Shown here: positions 13,481-26,548 of the stretch, piece by piece
Numbering within the stretch: the first letter of the stretch is position 1
Layout: each line of letters starts with the position of its first letter
Assembly (NCBI GenBank): GCA_964276515.1
Contig: OZ193909.1
Location: 20,956,001-21,020,000, forward strand
Source: Gordius albopunctatus
Taxonomy: Eukaryota
DNA: 64,000 nucleotides
Direction: 5' to 3'
The notes under the pieces: generated by a model
Told to the model about the DNA's origin: nothing
Seen by the model: only the letters and a program-made list of their open reading frames with translations
Databases searched by the model: none
Program-made: the position numbers and the translations under genes

Positions 13481-15830
13481 CCTTCCTGATGTCATGTATC
13501 GTATGCTAAAATGTTTCCCGTTATATCCCCACCACTTTGAATACCCCATTTTAAAACAAAAAGTGAATTAGTACCATTTTTATTTGTTACGTTTTAAAAG
13601 CATTATCATCCAAAAATTACTATATTTTCCTTATTTATGCTCTTTTCAAAATGGCGGGAAAATCGTTTAGCAGTCTATCTAGCTAGTCTATAGTCCACCC
13701 ATTTTCTCCGGAAACAAATTAAATTTTGGTTATATAATTTGTTGTAGGCTAGAAGTATAAGTGTTTTTCATTTTCTTAAGTGTTGTATTTCAATATCCTC
13801 GGATTTAAATTCGCTTGTTAAATTTAATGAATTAATTCTGCAAAAATTTTATCAAAGTTTTTTGTATAAAATTGTTTAATAGTAATACTGAAGGCAATAT
13901 ATCTTAGGTTAATAATAATCGATTGTAATATTCAAAAAAATTATAAACCGCTTAAAAGCAGGTCCCGTCTGGTCTATCTAGATTTATGGTGATTGTATGA
14001 TGCAATTTACAAATAGTAAATTTATAACACTTCTATGATATTGAAGTTTTTATATCACGAATTAAGTTGTCATTATAATTATTAAATTGTTTATACTGAA
14101 TAACTTGATATAAAGTTTAGCAATACAATTAGAGTTACGTAGCTGGCATGCTTGAAAAGTAGATTTTAGCAAATAATGACACTTTTTAAAATTATTTGGG
14201 AAAGCTATAATATTTATTTTTTATAAAATATTTTGCATTTTTATCAATCTTATGACACCTTTTCGATCATTTTTTGTTAAAGTTTTTGTTTAACTCTTAA
14301 ATTCCAAGGGAAGACCACAAAACAAATTTTTAAAAATGATTTGTTTAGCTCTAAAAATGACAATTGTCACAAAGAAAAGACCACAAAACAATTTTTTTAT
14401 TTTTAATTATTTATGAAACCTTCATTATGTTATCACTTATTTCCAACACCTTAATCAATTGATTTATAAATCAAGGGTTATCTCTTTTTTGCTTTATTGG
14501 AGGTCTGAATTTTATGCGATATTATGGTAATTGAAATGTGTGATTTTTTTTATATATTAATTGCTAACAATTAATATTTTGCCCAATTATGCTAAACCTT
14601 TTAATTTCTTATGTATATATACCTTTTTCCAGAATATTTGTCTTCACCAAAAAAACTCACCTTTTGTGAACAAAAATTGCTTTTTTACTAATAAAGTCAA
14701 GACTTGATTTTTGATGATTCACGTTATTTATTAGAATCCATATGCTAATAAAGAGGAAACCATTTAAACAGTTTGTGACAAAATCAGATAGAGCTCAATA
14801 TGGCTAAATAGTCTTAATCATGAATGGTCGCATTAATTTGTTCTTCGTAATAAGATTAAAACTTGCCACATCAATCAATTGATAATTTAATTATATCAAA
14901 TTGATGTGTTGTCCAGCCGGATAGCTAAGCTTCCCTTCATCCAATCTTTAAAAAGCTGTCCATCACTTTCAAACCATAAGGTCAAGCTCCCCCCCCCCTT
15001 CTCGCAGAAGTGCATGGCAAATTAAACTGCTTCTTTACAAAGTCGCTTTACCCAAAAAACCGAGCCCGGCTTTAGAATAAAAGGCTTGGATAAGTGGATA
15101 GACCTAGTTTATTATTATATCATATAAAAAACGTAGCGTAAACGCCCTAAAAATTACCGGACGTGTTGTACTATACTACATAAATTGAAGCTTTATTATC
15201 ATTCACTTTGCCCACGCGCTATAGCTTATAGCGCCTTACGTCACTGATATAACTCTAGTAGCGTATACAAGTGAGTGTGCGCTATAGTTCTGGGGCAGTG
15301 GCGTAGCTAGGGGAGGGCCAAGGCCCCCTTTAAAAGCAAAATCCTGGTCCTTTGGCCCTCCCCAAGGGAAAAATCCTGGCCACTTTGCTCACCCCCCAGA
15401 ATTTTCATATATCTTTTAATAAAGAGTTTGTTATTAGTTTTTAAATATTTAATTCTTCTAAATGAGCTAAGCAGCTTATTAATATAAAATTTGCGCTTTG
15501 TTATACGCCATGAACAAAGCACTTAAAACCTAGCTTATTTTTAAAGCCCTTAGCTCCTAACAAAAGCGTAAATCTAATATTTATGGTATATTCTTAGGGT
15601 TTGGGACAATAAATCCTTATTAAGGCAGTCGTAAATAAGTTTTACCATTGGTATGGTTTTACAAAAATTAAAAATTTTCTTGTCAATATATGGGTTCCAT
15701 TTTGGGCTCTAATCTATTATTAGTACAAACTCACCATACGTCCTAATCCTATAATGTTATGTAGCCTTAATATATTTAACTATATGCGTTATCCATTATA
15801 AGTTTTTATTTTAGTGCGGGTAATTTCGCT

Positions 15831-16319
15831 TAGAGACCTGCATGGCCTAGTTCAACAGTACCTAAAAACTCGACCCGCGTGCCGGGTTTTTGCTTAAAAA
15901 AGGGTCTGGACATATGCCTTGATATAGCCTAGAGGGCTTGCTCTTGGCATAAATATAAGTAAAGCCACACAAAATCATTTAGAATGTTTTGTGTGCCATT
16001 AAATATAATAAAAGGTGTGTTTTTATAACGTTTTCATTCACCATTATCTCAACGGGCAAAATTATAAGTGTTAATTAGAGACATACTCTACAATCATACC
16101 CTTTAAAAATCTATAAACACTAAATTATTTCAATCAAAAAATTACAATCGAATATGAATGGAGGCAAATACAATTTTTGTAAAAGGTTAAGGGTGGGCTC
16201 GGACATTGTATATAAGTCGGTCGGGTGTATCGTTTATTATTCATGGGCCCCGATCGGATTTTTAAATCTTTATAAAGTGGCAGGCTGATTGACCTTAAGA
16301 GGCCCGTTGCAGGTCTCTA
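15831..16319. mobile_element. hAT-type MITE, TAGAGACCTGCA family
   Basis: 12-bp TIR; TSD ATTTCGCT/ATTTCGCA; second copy ~21737-25117 interrupted by an RTE. Confidence 0.8.
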
Positions 16320-16600
16320 ATTTCGCATACTCACGTGTAAGTCGAAGATAAACGAAAGAGGGACGATGTAAGCTTTGCGAATTGATATGGACTTAATAGC
16401 GCATACAAAGGAAAGGGCTATGCTAGGAAGCGGGGAGGCACTAAACGCGGTAGTGCTAAGCGTTTCACAATCATAACTTTTGATAATAGACTTTAAAAAA
16501 CTATTTGCATATTTACCAGACCCACATTATCTCTTATATATAAATACATGGAATACATGTATTTAAGTAATTAGCTCAGATATATATATATATATATATA

Positions 16601-17764
16601 TTATAACAAATTTATTTTTGGATTTTTCAAATGTTCTTTATTAACATGCATCAATAGTATGTCAATAGCATAAGAAAGCACATTGGAATACCAAAAATTG
16701 TCATCATCCTTTAGCACTTTAAGCTCATATATATAAGGTAGATCACCTTGAGATCTACTTAAAAATCTATTATTAATCCATTTATTTTGTCTTTTGATAT
16801 ATTTTCTATTGGCATTAATTAAATTTTGTATACATAATTGTTGTAATTTGTGATTTTCTTCATTGTTTACGATAATTGGGCATAATTCTTTAAACCCAAT
16901 ATTTTGTATTAAACCATGTTTTTTCCCCTCAACCAAATTAATATCTTTATAAAAAGTTTTTAACTCCTCAATCATACCATTTTCCACCATCTTATACACC
17001 CTATTTTTGATTCTTTTTAATAATAAATCATCTGGACACGAGAGCCAAAGTATCAAAGCATTTTTAAAAAGCAAATTTCCACTTTTTCTATCATCACTTC
17101 CTTTTTGCCTTTTCAATATTGTGCTATGCTTTTGTCCTGTGATAACATAAATTTGTAAACTTCTTATTATCTTTCTCCTTTCATTGCAATTCAAGGTTGA
17201 TGCTCTTTCATGATCAAATTTATTTAATAGGTTGTATAGTGAATTTGTTGGAATATTATTTATATTGATTTCACCTAAATTTTCATATGGATCAAAGGGT
17301 TCTTCAGCCCCTTTAAAATATGTATCTAGTAATAACTTAAGATCGTGGTTAAAAATTGGGTCAATGTCCTTAGGTGATTTTAGTGGCTTTAAAGTAAAAT
17401 CCCACAAAAGGCTTTCAATATAATAATTTGTACCACCAACAATGAATGGTATAACATTCTTATTCAGCAAATTTTTAATAATTTGTGTTGCGTGTAATTT
17501 GTAATCAACCACTGTATAATGTTTTAAATTAGGATCTAATATATCAATCATATGATGCTTTACTAAAGATCTTTCTTCCAAAGACACCTTATTGGTAGTT
17601 ATATCTAAGCCTTTGTATAATTGCATAGAATCAGCATTAACTATTTCTCCTTTAAATTTTGTTGCTAATTCAATTGCTAACCTTGATTTTCCAATACCAG
17701 TTGGGCCAATAATAAAAACCATAATAGGTTCACGAAATATACTTTTTAAAAGATTTTGCCACAT
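16601..17764 (-). CDS. TRIT1: tRNA dimethylallyltransferase (IPP transferase), intronless, no visible C-terminal zinc finger
   Basis: GPTGIGKS P-loop, IVNADSMQLYKGLDITTNK, VGGTNYYIESLLW, RRKIIRSLQ, QNIGFKE, RKYIKRQNKWINNRF. Confidence 0.92.
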   Translation of the reverse strand: MWQNLLKSIFREPIMVFIIGPTGIGKSRLAIELATKFKGEIVNADSMQLYKGLDITTNKVSLEERSLVKHHMIDILDPNLKHYTVVDYKLHATQIIKNLLNKNVIPFIVGGTNYYIESLLWDFTLKPLKSPKDIDPIFNHDLKLLLDTYFKGAEEPFDPYENLGEININNIPTNSLYNLLNKFDHERASTLNCNERRKIIRSLQIYVITGQKHSTILKRQKGSDDRKSGNLLFKNALILWLSCPDDLLLKRIKNRVYKMVENGMIEELKTFYKDINLVEGKKHGLIQNIGFKELCPIIVNNEENHKLQQLCIQNLINANRKYIKRQNKWINNRFLSRSQGDLPYIYELKVLKDDDNFWYSNVLSYAIDILLMHVNKEHLKNPKINLL

Positions 17765-18130
17765 TAGTCATGATGATCCAAAAATGTTTAACTCGATAGA
17801 AACAAATAACAAGGGTCGTGATTCAGGATTAATCGCGTAGATAAGTTAGAGCGAGAAAATCTCTGGCCCCTTCGGCACCTCCAAGCAATTATTTAATATT
17901 CCTTAATCTAATTAATTCTAATTAATTTTTTTTTGGTTAAAAGTTTATTTTCACGAAACAAAGTTACATATTTATATATTTTAGCATATAACATACATAA
18001 TTATTTGGAAATAAACTTTGATTGATTAAAAAAAATAAGCGAAATAGAAAAATAAATAAAGGCATAAATTTTTTTATTTGGGACAAGTGACTTATTTATA
18101 TAAAATTTCCATTCTTTTATTTATGAACAA

Positions 18131-19385
18131 TTGTAGAGAAATAAGTTTCTACTCTAATATAACCCAAAAGGAATAAATTCTTTTATGTAACATATTGTGT
18201 TTATATACATCTAGTAAATTTACTTGTGTGAATAATAATGAGAGATTTAAATTATAATGAGTGGTCAAATAATAAGGTTAAGATTTATGAATAGTGAGAT
18301 TTGTGAGTGCTCGAATAGTAAAGGTTACGTTTTTTCCTATGTAACCGATGATCGAGTTGTTTATTCGAATTACCTAGGTAACCATATAATTCCCCTTTTT
18401 TTGCAAGGAGTGCTAAAAATGAAATTTAAGGGTTTGTGGTCAGTGTAATCGGTGTTTACGTTTAAAGAGCGTCCTTCGAGAACATGGCTGTAATGTTTTA
18501 CATAAGGTAAATGGCCAGTATTTCTCAGCTGAATTTGTTGTAGTGTGTTTGCGTTTGTGAAAGTTTATTTGAATCGAAAGCAAGTGGTATAATATCACCG
18601 TTTTATGTTTGCTGTAAGTTGGAAGCATCAGTAGTGAGTGACAGTTTGCTATTTTCGTCTAAATGATATAGACTAGCTGTTAACTTAGTTGGACAATGTT
18701 GTTTAGTGGCACTAGCGTTTGCTGGTGTGGTGACCGAGGTGTGAGTGATTATTGGATGTTGATCTATCCCATATATTAATAGATTTGTCGGAGCAGACAT
18801 ATCTATTTTGGAATCGCATTCTTCTCGCAGTTTAATCGATCACTAGTGGCTAGAACTTTGGTAGTGGTATTAGTAAGTGTTATTGCTTTTCCGAACGCTG
18901 TCCTTGCTCGTTGCAAGAGGCCATATGATGTTGATTATTTTGAGATGTGTTTTGCAGTTGGGCCCTTGGCCGGCCAGTGAACAATTGTACGTTCGGTAGA
19001 CGATGTTGTTGCTTGTTTAGTGTTGTAGTAGGGTAACATGGTTTTCTTCGTATTAACAATGAGGTAAGTAGATAGTTTGTATCTTTCACAGCAGTAGGAC
19101 CATTTGGATGCCGGATCTGAATTGTTTTATTTTAACTAAGAAACCCAAACAACATTACTAAAGGGACTGTTATTGTGGAGAAAATTTATGTCTCCCTGCA
19201 AGTCTGGTCAATGTAGACCTGGGTTATAAATTTATAGGGGGAGGAATAAACAAAATTTCGGCTCCCGCGAAACTTCGGGGTCACCATTTTGTAGTGATAT
19301 AAGTTTCCACTTTATTATAACCTAAAAAGAAAGTGATTCAAGTAAATGCTTTTAGTTAAAACGTCGTGTTTATATACAAATCTGG
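18131..19385 (-). mobile_element. Heavily deleted LTR (Gypsy-like) retrotransposon
   Basis: PBS-like TGGTGACCCCG (~19286-19276); polypurine tract AAAAAAGGGGAA ~18390; diverged LTR ends at 18131 and 19289; LSLTTDAS RNase H remnant. Confidence 0.65.
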
Positions 19386-19386
19386 C

Positions 19387-20947
19387 TTTTTTTAGAATTG
19401 ACATGCTTTATTAAATAAAAAGTATTAAATATTGAGCGGAATTGTTAAAAAGATACAAGAACAAAAATATTTATAAAAAAATCTTTAAAACACATTATCC
19501 GTATCTTCATCTTTGAGAATGGGCATTGAATCCATCAAAGAATAAAAATTAGATTTAGCGATCGCGATGACAATTGATTGTCGTAGTAAAAAACTATTTG
19601 ATATTTTATAAGGGGCGAGCGTTTATTGAGTTCTTTAAAAAAATTAATGCGCTCTTCCCAAACGTCCCTGAGCACGATGAGACGATAGGAATAAAAATCG
19701 AAATTTGGGATAAGGCTGAATATTTTAAGGATTTCTGATGCTCTGCTGATCCTAGGGGGTCGTTGTGAGTATCGTTGGAGGGGGCAAATAGGTCAATACA
19801 GGTGTAGTCCCATTTTAGGAAAAGGCATTTGTCCCATGGAATAAGTGACGAACCGTCCGGACGCATCCACCCTTCGAGAGAGGGATCTGAAAGTTCAAGG
19901 ATTGAAGGAACTTTTGCCCGTTTGAGGGCAGCTTGAAGCAGTGTATTTATTTTTTGGTGCCTACCATACCGGCTTTTGTTAAATTTACAATGCAGAGGGT
20001 GACGTGCTTCCTCATCTACAAGTGAATTACAAAGCCGGCAGGGGTATGGGGACGTGTATTTACAGCCCAAGCGGAGGGCTATATTGTAGGAAAGGGTAGG
20101 ATTCTCCAAAAACATACCCAAAAACTTACTAAGGTAAGCTTCAAGCCATTCATGACCGGATTGGTCGAAAGCCAATGACCTAAGATTGCAATGCTATTTG
20201 GCGTCGCATGTCGAGAGAATGTAAGCAACGGACCACGACACCAAACTTGCATCCAAATCTTTTTGAGCGTATGATTGTGGTATATTACCTCCTACATTGA
20301 CGTTCTCATTCCATAAGGATAGGGTTTGATTTATGGAGGGATTAAGTGGGAATGGGACAAGGTCGTTAGTATGATGTTTAAAAGATAGAGAGGAAGAAAT
20401 AAAAGCGACTAGGGAAATCGCAGATGGTGAGCGAATATCTAGACCACCGGACTTTGTGGGAAGCGTGGCTTGAAGCCAAGTATGGGTGTTAAAATAAATA
20501 TTTAAAATTGATTCAAGAGTGGATTTAAAAAAATTTTCATAGTCGGGTAAAACTTCTTTAAATAAAAAAGCTTGTGTGGAGCGGAAGCAGAATAAAATTT
20601 TGCTAATGTTTTAATAATTTTTTATAATGAAAAAGGAATGATGAGAGGGCATAGATTTAAAAATGTCTAATTTGGTTTTTTAAAAAAGAGAGGTTTTTGT
20701 CTAAAATTTTTTTAAGGCATTCAGGGCCCTCTATAGGTGCGCTTAAAACATACATATTGTCTTTTTTAATTTTGACAAAGTCAAAAAACTTTGGGTGAAT
20801 GGTATTCAAGTCAGAATATATTTCACTCTTAGAGCCGTTTAAACATAAGTTTAAAGTGGGGAAGAAAGCTTGTATTACTTCTAGTGCTTGGACTAGGTTG
20901 TCAGGGGTGCCAACAAGAGTGGCGTCATCTAGATACCAGACATTAAG
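19387..20947 (-). mobile_element. 5'-truncated CRE-clade non-LTR retrotransposon
   Basis: NVWYLDD, CRLC..HPLHC, MRPDG; 3' UTR and A tail match 56700-56797; gives the empty site for the 52338 insertion. Confidence 0.92.
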
Positions 20948-21443
20948 CGTATGGACTCCAGTGTTAATGGCAAAGCCCTTTGTAGTCCCCACCGATGTTC
21001 TAACGTACGTTCTATTTCCCTTTTACATATCTTTTATTGCTCTGACGTATACTTCTGGCACATTGTTTTCTTTAAGACATTTCCAAACTAAATTACGAGG
21101 AACTTTATCGAACGCTTTTTCTAGATCGATGAAACACATGTGCGAATCCTCTTCCCTTTCTTTAAACCGTTCCGTTAATCTTCTAACACTGTTTAGGGCG
21201 TCTGCTGTAGACCTCTCCGGCATAAATCTGAATTGGTTATCTCGAATTTGAACCAAACTCGGAAGCCGTTTTTCGATCACTTTTTCCCACACCTTGAAAT
21301 GTGACTCATAAGCTTTATCCCTCTGTAATTATTACAATCCTGAATGTTCCCTTTCATCTTGTATATCGGGATCATGTAGCTATCCCTCCACTCGTTAGGC
21401 ATTTTACCTGTTTTCAAGATATTGTTGAAAAGGTTGGCGAGGT
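20948..21443 (-). mobile_element. RTE LINE RT fragment joined to the CRE copy
   Basis: NQFRFMPERST.DA, HMCFIDLEKAFDKVPR. Confidence 0.85.
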
Positions 21444-21483
21444 TTTATGTAATCTTAATATATTCTTTTTAATTACATAGTTT

Positions 21484-21661
21484 CATGGGGATAGCCAGGT
21501 TTTGGATTATGGGGGGGGGGGCAAAACGTTTAGAAGTTTAATCAGGGGGGGGGGCCAAAACCTAAATTTTTTTTTATTTTTAAGGGTTTTTGCATTGGAA
21601 AAAAACTATATCGTCATTTAGGGTAGGGGGCGCCCCTGCCTCCCTCCTGGCTACGCCCATG
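21484..21661. mobile_element. hAT-type MITE, CATGGG family
   Basis: CATGGGGATAGCCAGG..CCTGGCTACGCCCATG; perfect 8-bp TSD CATAGTTT. Confidence 0.85.
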
Positions 21662-21823
21662 CATAGTTTTGTTATTATTTAACTATGTGCATTTTTTATT
21701 ATGAATAACATATTTTTTATTGCGGATAATTTTGCCTAGAGACCTGCAGGGCTACTTTAATTGGATAATTATAAATATATACATGATTATTATTAACATC
21801 TAATATACATAGTGTTTATTCAA

Positions 21824-24800
21824 CACTACCTACGACGGTCCCAAATCCGTGTGCAAAAAGTGGAGGGTTGGCGTCATGTCGGAAACCGGCTATAAAAATC
21901 AACTCCAAAATTTATGATAGTTTCAAACGAGATTTTACAAGAAAAGGCTAGGGCGTCCTCCACAAACGACGCGCACTGCATACCCCGCCCGTGCAATGTA
22001 AAAAATACACTAGGGTTACTGCCTAACTCACAACGAAGGCGGTTAAGGGAACTAGTTGTGGAAAGAATGCGAATTACGTGCTGGAATGTGGGAACGTTGA
22101 CGGGGAAGAGCATCGAGGTCGCACAGATGCTAAAAAGAAGAAAGGTACACATCGCCTGCCTACAAGAGACGAGGTGGAATGGAACGAAAGCTCAGGAATT
22201 AGTAGAAGGATACAAGCTTTTCTACAGTGGGTCATCAAATCGTAGAAACGGGGTCGGTATCGTTCTAAGTGAATCGTTCAAGGACAAGGTGGTGGAAGTA
22301 AAGCGTTGTTCCGACAGGCTAATGTGGGTGAAGATTGCAGATCAAGGGGGCCTCCTAACCGTTATGTGCGCGTATGCCCCCCAAATTGGATGTTTGGAAT
22401 CAGAGAAAGACATATTCTTCGATTCATTGGAAAAGGAAATACAAGGAATAGGACAGGAAGAAAGGCTACTTATTGGGGCAGATTTCAACGCTCACGTTGG
22501 GAAAGATCGCCTCGGGTATGAACGCAATCATGGAGGCTATGGGCATGGTCTGAAGAACAAAGAAGGGGAAAAACTTCTCCAAGTATCTCAAGCATATGAC
22601 ATGGCGATCGTTAACACCTATTTTCAAAAGCGCGAAGATCATATTGTGACCTATAGAAGTGGGAAGCATTTTAGTCAAATCGACTATTTGCTTATACGGC
22701 GAAAGGACTTATGGAGTATCAAGGATTGCAAAGTGATACCGGGAGAAGAAATCGCCAGGCAACATCGTCGCCTTGTTATGGATCTTGACAGAAGAGTATT
22801 TCCCGAAGGAAGAAAGTTCTATGAATCTCGAATTCGATACGAAAGGCTAAAGGATACGTCGACGAACAAAGAATACCATCAAAAAGCCTGCTCACTCTTG
22901 GGTGCAAGGAAGTTGCAAAGGGACGTAGACGACGATTGGGAGACGCTATCTAAGGACATTAAGGAAACAGCGATTCGTGTTCTAGGAAAGACCAAAGGAG
23001 GCAAAGCTATGAATAGGGAACTATGGTGGTGGGATCAATCGGTTAAAGATTTCATCGAAAGAAAGAAAAATCTATATAGACGGTGGCATAAATCAAAAAA
23101 GTCGGAGGATTATCAAGAGTACAGGAACGCAAAGAGGGCCGCAAAAAAGGCCATTGCAAAAGCGAAGAATGCCGCGTATATCGAGATGGCAAACAAACTG
23201 GATCATAAAGGGGGCGATAGGCTTATGTACAAATTGGCCAAGATAAGGGAGAAGAAAAGTCGCGATGTCGGAGTTCTTAAAATAGTCAAAAGCGAGAAGG
23301 GTCAAACCTTATTCAAGCCGAAAGAGGTGATGGAAAGGTTGAAAGGATATTTTAAGAAACTTATGAATATTGCAAACGACAAGGATTCCCTTCCCGAAAT
23401 TGAGCCAAATATAAATATAGTCGAACTCTTTCAGAAGGATGAAGTTAGAACACAAATGAACAAGATGCAAAAAGGAAAAGCAAATGGTCCAGATGGAATA
23501 CCTATGGAAGCATTGCACGGATGTCGTGAAGAAGGAGTCACCACCATGACGAACCTCCTTAACAAGATATTGGTAGAAGAGCGAATCCCTAATCAATGGA
23601 GAGCAAGCACGATCATACCATTATTTAAAGGCAAAGGAGACCCTCGGGACTGCGGCAATTACAGAGGTATCAAGCTAACTTGCCACTCCTTGAAACTTTT
23701 GGAAAGGATCTTAGTAACAAGGCTGAAAAGCGAGGTGGAAATATCGGCTAATCAATTCGGATTCGTGGCCGGCAAATCCACAATCGACCCAATCTTCGCC
23801 CTGAGACAAATGATGGATAAGTATGATGAAAAGAGGAAAGACCTACATATGGTTTTTATCGACTTGGAGAAAGCTTATGACACGGTCCCCCGCGACTTAA
23901 TATGGTGGTGCCTGAGAACACAAAATATCCCTGACGCATATATACGGCTTATGAAAAATATTTATGAAGCTTTAAACTCTTGCGTTAGGACGACAGTTGG
24001 AGACTCTAAACCTTTTCGGGTTAATATTGGATTACATCAAGGCTCTGCTTTAAGTCCCTTTTTATTTAATATAATTATAGACACGATAACGAGGGACTTT
24101 CAAAAGCCATCGCCATGGTGTATGCTATATGCCGATGATATAGTACTATGCAAGGAAACAAGGGAGAAGGTATTCGAAGAAGCAGAAAAGTGGTCAAAGC
24201 GCTTAGCTGGATATGGTTTAAAGGTCAACGATCGAAAAACGGTATACATGGAAATGAACGGTACAAGCACCCCATCGCTGGATGACCACCTAAAGTACCC
24301 AAAAGTAGACAGGTTTACTTACCTCGGCTCTATGCTACATCAAGAGGGAGGGTGCGCAACTGAAATCAATGCCCGGATTCAAAAAGGATGGCTTAAATGG
24401 CGAAGTATATCCGGTGTAATGTGCGACAAGAAAATGCCAATATGGTTGAAGAGCAAAGCTTAAAAATCCATCGTAAGACCGGTGTTACTCTATGGAAGTG
24501 AAACATGGGCAGTAAACATCACGGAAGGAAAGCTATTACAAGCCACGGAGATGAGAGTTATACGGTGGAGCTTGGGGTATACTAAGCTCGACCATACGAC
24601 CAATGACTTTCTCATGACAAAAATGGGTATTCAACCTATGGCGGACATGATTAACGAAAATCGGCTAAGGTGGTATGGGCATATACTAAGAAGGGACCCG
24701 GATGACGTAAATCGAATCGTGCTAGACATTAAAATACCGGGGAAGAGAGGAAGAGGACGACCCCGTGTCACGTGGAAAAGGCAAGTCGATAAAGTTATGG

Positions 24801-24909
24801 AAACTAAAGAGATTAGTCAAGACATGGCACTAACCCGGTCAAGATGGAAGAGACTCATCAAAACAAACCCCACCAATGTGGGACCAAATAACTGATAAAG
24901 AAGAAGAAG
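21824..24909 (+). mobile_element. Full-length RTE-clade LINE (APE + RT) with one premature stop at 24461-24463
   Basis: WNVGTL, LQETRW, GADFNAHVG, QIDY, HQGSALSP, YADD; (AAG)n tail; 19-bp TSD ATACATAGTGTTTATTCAA (21805-21823, 24910-24928). Confidence 0.97.
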
Positions 24910-25910
24910 ATACATAGTGTTTATTCAATAAAAATATCGTACATTAAAAGATGCAAAATAAAAGTTTTTAAATACTGTTCCGGCATCTAACTTTGTAAAA
25001 ATAACCAGTGGGTCGGGTATAACATTGATTATTTTGACGGGCCTGGACCCGGTCCATGGTATATATAATTGTAACTGACGAGCTGAATGACCTAAAGAGG
25101 CTCGTTGCAGGTCTCTATATTCGCATACTGATGTGTAAGTTGAAGGTAAACGAAGGAGGGAAGATTAAAAATTTGGAAACATAAAGTACCACCTCAAGTT
25201 AACATTAAAAAAGAAAATACTCAATTGCTGACAATAAAGTTTGACAAATGGCTATGAAATTTGAAATCGCCATTGACCCCTCACCGCTCAGGTTACGCCA
25301 CTGGACCGAATATCCACTATACATAATGCCTTGTCCACCCATAATTAAATCTATATGCTGACCCTAACTAAAAACGTACAAAATAATTAGTAGATCCTGC
25401 GAAGGGCATGTAATAGGAAATTTGTAATGTCCCTGAAAGTTAAATTTGTACATTAGAATGGAAATTTACTAAGCAGTATTCTATAATTTGTATTTTAATT
25501 TGTCTTAATTGTTATAGAAATATATTTTAGATTTTACAGTTTAACATATATTTTTAAAATATATAGTATCAATTTTTTTAAATTTAATCAGTTGTAAAAA
25601 TTGTAATTTTCTCATTATGCATAATAGTGAGAATAATAAACTCTATAAGACATTAAGTTTTTTATCTAATTGAAATGTGAATTATTTTAAAATTGGTTTA
25701 TAGTAATTATCAATAAATGAGAATGAGACATTTTCTTCATCATTGGACACTTAATAGACGCTTTAAATTAAAGCATATATGATTAAGCAATTAAAAAGAA
25801 AGCAAACCAATTTGGCTTCAGCCATCTAGAATAGAAACTCCTTATTGCTAAAATTAATAATCTCTTTCCGCCATGTGTAAATAAAAGTATACTTTTTAAT
25901 TAAAAAAAAA

Positions 25911-26110
25911 TTCCAATAGCTGTTTGTCACACTAGGTGGTCAGCTTCTTTAGATATTTGGATTAGGGGTAATGCTCGGCTATTCCGGCCTAAAAACCGTG
26001 GTGACAATGTTATTTTTAATCTTTTTTGAAATAAGTGCCAGAGGCGGGATTGAACCTGCGAGCTCTTGCTTCAAAGACTAAACCTCTACCCACTAGGCCA
26101 CCACGCCCCC
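25911..26110 (-). mobile_element. tRNA-derived SINE with RTE-like 3' end
   Basis: Head with A box (TGGCCTAGTGG) and B box (GGTTCAATCCC); tail GAAGCTGACCACCTAGTGTGACAAACAGCTA similar to the RTE end at ~37955-37990. Confidence 0.75.
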
Positions 26111-26338
26111 ATACTTTATAATTTTTAAAATATTGTAAAATGACACAAATATTTGCAAGCATCATTAATAAATGGTGACATGCCAACGGATGCTGAAAAT
26201 CCAGTAAAATTTTCAGTCTCGAAAACTTGAGCCAATATCGAACTTAGAATTTTAGTCTCAGGACAAATGATAAGAGATTTCATCAGTTAAATTAATCTGG
26301 GCTTAGTAATTTTTATTAAATGCTATTATTTTACCAAA

Positions 26339-26548
26339 GGGGCGTGTGGTAGTTGGTATAGGCTTTGCCTTTGAACAAGAGCTTGCAGGTTTAAATCCCG
26401 CTTTCATCACTTTTTTTAAAAAATATGTAGAATATATCACATCGTCAACACGACTGTCAGGCTTGGATAACCGAGCGTCACCCCTCATCCAAATGTCTAA
26501 AGAAGCTGACCACCTTAGTGTGGAAAACAGCTATTGCTATTTTTTTTA
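26339..26548 (+). mobile_element. Second, more diverged copy of the same SINE, head-to-head with the first
   Basis: Colinear similarity to the reverse complement of 25911-26110. Confidence 0.7.

Noticed and set aside
16601..17764. Bacterial miaA acquired by horizontal transfer
   Set aside because: Motifs (GLDITTNK, GGTNYYIESLLW, WINNRF) are of the eukaryotic TRIT1 type and base composition matches the host.
26035..26110. tRNA-Gln-like gene
   Set aside because: Stems pair poorly and the sequence continues into a body shared with a second copy; it is a SINE head.
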